DNA of 64,000 nucleotides from NCBI GenBank assembly GCA_965214095.1, contig OZ243938.1, positions 1,856,001 to 1,920,000 on the forward strand, read 5' to 3'. Shown in pieces: positions 58,752-64,000 of the stretch. The position numbers and the translations under genes are program-made. How positions within the stretch are numbered: the first letter of the stretch is position 1; every line of letters begins with the position of its first letter. Origin of the DNA: Candidatus Poribacteria bacterium (lineage in GTDB: Bacteria > Poribacteria > WGA-4E > WGA-3G). Under the pieces are notes generated by a model that saw only the letters and a list, made by a program, of their open reading frames with translations, was not told the DNA's origin and did not search any database.

Positions 58752-61628
58752 TTATTGGTATTGTGTTAATGGAGGACAACTACACATAAGGTTTCTGTCA
58801 CCGTGAACTTCGTTTATTCGTGCGACTGCAGGCCAAAATTTAGTTTGGCGGACCCAAGGTTGTGGAAATGCGGCTTTTTCTCGCGTATATGGATGGTCCC
58901 AGTCAGTTTGTGTAACGGATTGAACAGTATGTGGTGCGTTTTTTAGGACATTGTCTTCTTTATCTGCAGTGCCATTTTCTAATTCCGCTATCTCCTCGCG
59001 AATAGATATGAGGGCAGAACAGAAACGATCCAATTCTGCTTTTGATTCGCTTTCGGTCGGTTCAATCATCATCGTTCCCAGAACCGGCCAAGACACTGTA
59101 GGAGCGTGAAAACCGTAGTCCATAAGTCGTTTAGCGATATCTGTCACTTCTATTCCTGCGGTTTTCTTAAAGTCACGTAAATCAATGATACATTCATGCG
59201 CGACCAATCCGTTCTTACCCGTATATAGGACAGGATAGTGAGATTCCAGTTGTTTGGCAATATAATTCGCATTAAGGATTGCAGCTTCTGTAGCAGATTT
59301 TAATCCAGATGAATCCATCATAGCGACATAAGCCCAAGAAATAGGCAGGATGCCTGGACTTCCCCACGGTGCAGCGGATACAGGACCGATACCGTTATCA
59401 CCGCCAACTGAGACAATTGGGTGATTCGGTAAGAAATCGGTAAGATGTGCTGATACGCCTATTGGACCCATTCCAGGTCCACCACCACCGTGTGGTATAC
59501 AGAAGGTCTTATGTAAATTAAGATGACACACATCCGCGCCAAGATCGGCAGGACGACTTAATCCAACAAGGGCGTTGAGATTCGCGCCATCCATATAAAC
59601 CTGTCCTCCGTGTTCATGAACTATATTGCATATCTCACGAATTTGTTCCTCAAATACACCGTGTGTTGATGGGTATGTCACCATAGCCGCTGCAAGTGTT
59701 TCACGATTTTCCTGTGCTTTCTCTTTTAAATCATCAAGGTCAATGTTGCCTTCAGTATCACAAGCAACGACAACGACTTGCATACCTGCCATCACAGCAC
59801 TTGCAGGATTAGTACCGTGTGCAGATGTTGGGATTAAGCAGACATCCCGATGTGAATCGTTTCGACTTTGGTGGTATTTCCGTATAACCAAGAGTCCTGC
59901 ATATTCCCCTTGTGACCCCGCATTCGGTTGCAATGAGATAGCACTATATCCCGTTATCTCTGCCAACCACGTCTCCAACTGTTCAAATAAAAGGTGGTAA
60001 CCTTGTGCTTGATCAATCGGAGCAAAGGGATGCAACCCGCCAAATTCTTGCCATGTGACAGGCACCATCTCTGTTGTCGCATTGAGTTTCATTGTGCAGG
60101 AACCAAGAGGTATCATTGCATTAACAAGGGAGAGGTCTTTGCTTTGAAGTCTGTGGATATATCTGAGCATCTCCGTTTCAGAATGATAACTATTAAAGAC
60201 TGGATGGGTGAGACATACGGATGTTCGGCACAGTTCAGAGGGTATTTCATAAGATTTAGTTGCTCCATTGCCAGTTGCATGTTCATTGAAAACTTGTATC
60301 AAGTCTTCAATATCAGTCTGTGTAGTCGTTTCGTCTAATGATATACCCACGTGCGTAGAGTCAATTTTACGGAGATTTATCTGTCTTTTATAGGCTGAAT
60401 TTAGTAATTGTTCAGAACCTATTGTGCCAACATCAACACAAAGTGTATCAAAACAGGGATCATCACCTGTTTTATAACCGATATGTTCAAGTTCAGACCG
60501 TAATGTGCATGTTTGCGTATGGACATTTTCAGCGATTTCTCTTAATCCTTGGGGACCGTGATAAACAGCATACATCCCAGCCATAACAGCCAGTAGAACT
60601 TGTGCGGTACATATATTACTTGTGGCTTTTTCACGACGGATGTGCTGTTCACGCGTTTGGAGTGCTAATCGTATTGCAGGTTCACCGTTGGCATCATGAG
60701 ACACACCTGCAATACGTCCGGGAATGCTCCGTTTGAGTTCATCATGTGTGGAGAGAAATGCAGCATGGGGACCGCCATATCCGAGTGGAACGCCAAACCT
60801 TTGCGAGTTTCCGATGACGATATCTGCACCGAATTCACCGGGAGGCTTGAAAAGCATAAGTGCTAATAAGTCAGTTGCGACAACAAATAATCCACCAGCG
60901 GCATGCACCTGTTCAGCAAATTGATGATAGTCATAAATCGCACCGTCTGTGGCAGGATATTGCACGATTGCACCTAAAATAGGTGTATCAAAATCTACAG
61001 TCCTATGGTCTCCGATAAGCAGTTCAATACCGAGGGGTTCAGCACGGGTTTGTAAAACAGCAATGGTTTGTGGATGGCAGGTTTCTGAAACAAAAAACTT
61101 GCGACTGATTTCTTGCGGAACATTTGCATAACACATTGTCATTGCTTCAGCAGCTGCAGTCGCCTCATCAAGCAAGGATGCATTTGCAATGGGAAGTCCG
61201 GTTAAATCAATAACCATTGTTTGGAAGTTAAGTAACGCTTCCAATCGTCCTTGTGAAATTTCGGCTTGATATGGGGTGTATTGTGTATACCAACCAGGAT
61301 TTTCAAGGATGTTCCTTTGTATAACCGGTGGAACGTGGCAGTTATAATACCCCATGCCGATATAGGAACGGAAGACCTTATTTTGAGAAGCAAGATGTTT
61401 AAGGACATCAAGTGCTTCGTATTCTGAAAGACCTTGCGAATTTGTGTTCTTACCACAAATATCTAAACGCAACGGTGATGCCATACGAATGTCTGCTGGC
61501 ACAACGTCTTCAATGAAATCGTCCATTGAATTATATCCGAGTGTTTCCAGCATCTGATCTATATCTTCAGAACGAGGACCGATGTGCCGATTTGAAAAGG
61601 TAGAGGAAAGATTTTCTTTATCAAGCAT
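58752..61628 (-). CDS. gcvP: Glycine dehydrogenase (P protein)
   Basis: [31 protein letters not shown]; likely ATG 61628 overlapping the gcvH stop. Confidence 0.97.
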   Translation of the reverse strand: MLDKENLSSTFSNRHIGPRSEDIDQMLETLGYNSMDDFIEDVVPADIRMASPLRLDICGKNTNSQGLSEYEALDVLKHLASQNKVFRSYIGMGYYNCHVPPVIQRNILENPGWYTQYTPYQAEISQGRLEALLNFQTMVIDLTGLPIANASLLDEATAAAEAMTMCYANVPQEISRKFFVSETCHPQTIAVLQTRAEPLGIELLIGDHRTVDFDTPILGAIVQYPATDGAIYDYHQFAEQVHAAGGLFVVATDLLALMLFKPPGEFGADIVIGNSQRFGVPLGYGGPHAAFLSTHDELKRSIPGRIAGVSHDANGEPAIRLALQTREQHIRREKATSNICTAQVLLAVMAGMYAVYHGPQGLREIAENVHTQTCTLRSELEHIGYKTGDDPCFDTLCVDVGTIGSEQLLNSAYKRQINLRKIDSTHVGISLDETTTQTDIEDLIQVFNEHATGNGATKSYEIPSELCRTSVCLTHPVFNSYHSETEMLRYIHRLQSKDLSLVNAMIPLGSCTMKLNATTEMVPVTWQEFGGLHPFAPIDQAQGYHLLFEQLETWLAEITGYSAISLQPNAGSQGEYAGLLVIRKYHQSRNDSHRDVCLIPTSAHGTNPASAVMAGMQVVVVACDTEGNIDLDDLKEKAQENRETLAAAMVTYPSTHGVFEEQIREICNIVHEHGGQVYMDGANLNALVGLSRPADLGADVCHLNLHKTFCIPHGGGGPGMGPIGVSAHLTDFLPNHPIVSVGGDNGIGPVSAAPWGSPGILPISWAYVAMMDSSGLKSATEAAILNANYIAKQLESHYPVLYTGKNGLVAHECIIDLRDFKKTAGIEVTDIAKRLMDYGFHAPTVSWPVLGTMMIEPTESESKAELDRFCSALISIREEIAELENGTADKEDNVLKNAPHTVQSVTQTDWDHPYTREKAAFPQPWVRQTKFWPAVARINEVHGDRNLMCSCPPLTQYQ

Positions 61629-62007
61629 GCTCCGCCTCAACATAAGCATTATACTGATCGGCATCAAAGAGTGCATCAAGCTCGCTGGGATCAGTCATCT
61701 TGATTTTGAGAAACCATCCATCATCATAAGGCGAATCATTCACTTGTTCGGGAGCATCAAGGAGGGATTCGTTTACCTCAATCACTTCGCCACTCACAGG
61801 AGAATAGAGGTCAAATGCTGCTTTGACAGATTCTATCACCCCCAGTTCTGTTTTATGTGTTAGTTCAGTGCCAACATCTGGCAATTCGACGAAGACAATA
61901 TCTTGTATTTCGGATTGGGCATAGTCTGTGATGCCGATAGTGGCGATATCGTCTTCTTGCCTAACCCACTCATGGCTTTCCATGTATCTTAAATTTTCTG
62001 GAATCAT
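61621..62007 (-). CDS. gcvH: Glycine cleavage system H protein
   Basis: SHEW, GITDYAQ, IESVKAA lipoyl-lysine motif. Confidence 0.97.
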   Translation of the reverse strand: MIPENLRYMESHEWVRQEDDIATIGITDYAQSEIQDIVFVELPDVGTELTHKTELGVIESVKAAFDLYSPVSGEVIEVNESLLDAPEQVNDSPYDDGWFLKIKMTDPSELDALFDADQYNAYVEAEHA

Positions 62008-62119
62008 CAAATTTTCCTTCACGTTTTTCTAATAATTAATGAAAATATTACCTTCAAATTGCTCAAAAGGCTACGGTTTATATTAGACATTATTCTGATT
62101 CTCACCTATTACGATAATA

Positions 62120-63799
62120 TCATTCTCCAATCTGCATAGCACGTTTGATTTCCAAATCATCAAAAGCTTGTCCATTTTTGTCTGTAATCCGCAGATAAAA
62201 TCCCCAACCTTCTTTCTCCTCACACACCTTAACGAGGATACTGTTCGGACCTTTCTTAAGAGTTACGGGAAAAATATATCTGTCTATTATAGCTTTATGC
62301 GTTTCTGTATGTGCATATACTTCTACCCCGTTTAGCCAGACTTTTCCCTGATCGTCGCTATCAAAACGGAATTGTACTTCCCTTTCATCAGGTGAAGTAA
62401 CGGTTGTCCATGCATAGGCAACACGCCAATCAACATCTTTCCCAAACCTGATATTGCCATCCAATTTATCGTCTGAACATTTCTGCCAACCCACCTTACC
62501 ATCTATGGTGTCATATTTTACAGTTGTGTCAATGTGTGTTGCATCTTCAGGAATATATGCAGTATCAAAACCGATTTTATCTATATTATCAAATGGACCT
62601 AGGACTACCCATGAGTCTTCCGTAATTAAACCCGTTTTTTGAATATGTTCACCTGCTTTGTCAAGCATACCTTTATCACGGTAATACTCGGCGATGCTAA
62701 GGTTAGCATCTAAATTATGTGGGTCAAGTCTAATTGCTTCAGTGAAATCTTCAAACGCTGCTTTATATTTTTTTAGTTTAAGATTTATCTTACCGCGTGC
62801 TTTGTATGTTTCACCGTTGTTGCGGTCAAGTTTTATGCTTTTAGAATAATCGTCTTTTGCACCTTTATAGTCTCCAATGTGGTTCTTTGTGCTGCCACGA
62901 GCATTGTATGCAAGAAAATTCTCTGGATCAAGTTTTATTGCTTGATTATAGTCTTCAATTGCGTCTTTATGGTTACCGACCACATCCTTGGCAACGCCAC
63001 GATTCAAGAAAAAGAGGTCGGCTCTTGGATTTAACTGAATTGCCTTATCTAAATGTAATATTGCTTCGTTATATTCCTTGGAATTGAATTTAAGTCCTGC
63101 CAGACTATAGTAATGATCAGCACGAATTACTTCTCGCTGGTGCCACTGTTGCAAGGCTTCCGCTTTAGTATCTGTAAGTAGAGCCTTAAGCGTGTTAGAA
63201 GAAATTGCATAACTGTAAGACATATAATTCGCGGTTGCCACGCCAACGACATTACCTATGCTGTTTAGAATAGGACCGCCACTATTTCCATAAGAAACAT
63301 CAACTGTCATCCGTAACCATTTATTGTTCTTCTGAATGCTATGTATAGTCCCCTTGGTTACTTTGTAATTAGTAGCTGGAAATCCTACTGCATAAATAGG
63401 CTCACCGCTTTGGACTCTATCACTATTCCCAAGAGGAAGTGGTGTGCCTTCACCTGAAATTCTTAGGATAACAAGGTCATTCTTGATATCAAACGCGGTT
63501 ACACCTACAATTTTCCAAACTTCTTCATTGTCATTTAGTTTTGCGAAATAGAGACCTGGTTGTGATACAACGTGAATGTTGGTAACGATCCTATCTTTGC
63601 CAACAAAAAAACCTGTCCCAACTCCAAGACCCGAAAAGTTCCCGCCAACTATACGCACTGTAGATGCTTTTGCCTTTTCGGATATTGAGTCAGTTTCCGT
63701 TAACTCCTCCGATTTTTCAAAAGTTTCCTGTGCATATGAGAATGAGAGAAATACCGCCAGAACCAACAAGCAGAATAAAATTTTTGTGTAATGTCTCAT
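62120..63799 (-). CDS. Secreted trypsin-like serine protease with TPR array and C-terminal beta domain
   Basis: Signal peptide; GTGFF..TNIHV, DLVIL, GNSGGP; TPR repeats; W.VLGPF...SDD..KVWLNG domain. Confidence 0.85.
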   Translation of the reverse strand: MRHYTKILFCLLVLAVFLSFSYAQETFEKSEELTETDSISEKAKASTVRIVGGNFSGLGVGTGFFVGKDRIVTNIHVVSQPGLYFAKLNDNEEVWKIVGVTAFDIKNDLVILRISGEGTPLPLGNSDRVQSGEPIYAVGFPATNYKVTKGTIHSIQKNNKWLRMTVDVSYGNSGGPILNSIGNVVGVATANYMSYSYAISSNTLKALLTDTKAEALQQWHQREVIRADHYYSLAGLKFNSKEYNEAILHLDKAIQLNPRADLFFLNRGVAKDVVGNHKDAIEDYNQAIKLDPENFLAYNARGSTKNHIGDYKGAKDDYSKSIKLDRNNGETYKARGKINLKLKKYKAAFEDFTEAIRLDPHNLDANLSIAEYYRDKGMLDKAGEHIQKTGLITEDSWVVLGPFDNIDKIGFDTAYIPEDATHIDTTVKYDTIDGKVGWQKCSDDKLDGNIRFGKDVDWRVAYAWTTVTSPDEREVQFRFDSDDQGKVWLNGVEVYAHTETHKAIIDRYIFPVTLKKGPNSILVKVCEEKEGWGFYLRITDKNGQAFDDLEIKRAMQIGE

Positions 63800-64000
63800 T
63801 TTCCCACCTCCGGGTCTATCTCTTTTGCCTTCTCAAAGTCAACTTTCGCTGCTGCATGTTGACCAAGTGCTTCCTTTGCTTTCCCACGATTGTGGTATGC
63901 TATAGCATAATTGGGGTTAAGTTCAATCGCCTTATCGTAGTCAGCGATTGCACCGACATAGTCCTTTTGATCAGTCTTTGCATGTCCGCGGCCATTGTAA
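63796..64000 (-). CDS. TPR protein, C-terminal fragment (runs off the window)
   Basis: Hand translation YNGRGHAK..AIADYDKAIELNPNYAIAYHNRG..; stop overlaps the next ATG. Confidence 0.8.
   Translation of the reverse strand, partial: YNGRGHAKTDQKDYVGAIADYDKAIELNPNYAIAYHNRGKAKEALGQHAAAKVDFEKAKEIDPEVGK

Overview
AT-rich bacterial window, almost entirely minus-strand. Gene style (many ECF sigma factors with C-terminal fusions, DUF5694/DUF4252/CBM9-like proteins, dense GTAG-type REP repeats) is reminiscent of Candidatus Poribacteria; this is inference only. In order: (i) the 5' end of an F1Fo ATP synthase operon (atpZ-like, an AtpI/AtpZ chimera, atpI, atpB, atpE); (ii) a ~12 kb defence island between an IS701/IS4-like element and a MITE-riddled IS1 relic. 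It holds a broken type III Res gene, an AlbA_2 protein, a CapH/CapP-like HTH + IrrE pair and, divergently, a metallo-beta-lactamase with a Gly-terminated tail, an E2-E1-JAB fusion and a patatin phospholipase, i.e. a CBASS-like ubiquitination operon with no cyclase (strongest candidate novel system); (iii) carbohydrate-related genes; (iv) three tandem ECF-sigma/TPR-like fusions, each with a conserved internal RBS+ATG; (v) a frameshifted GTPase-only FtsZ paralogue and two further ECF operons; (vi) a nuo operon lacking nuoI and interleaved with cargo genes; (vii) pdxH, trkH/trkA, gcvP/gcvH and TPR-protease genes. Several nested REP/MITE families occupy the intergenic DNA. No rRNA, tRNA or CRISPR array was seen. 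Family assignments are from motif recognition by eye; no database searches were run.
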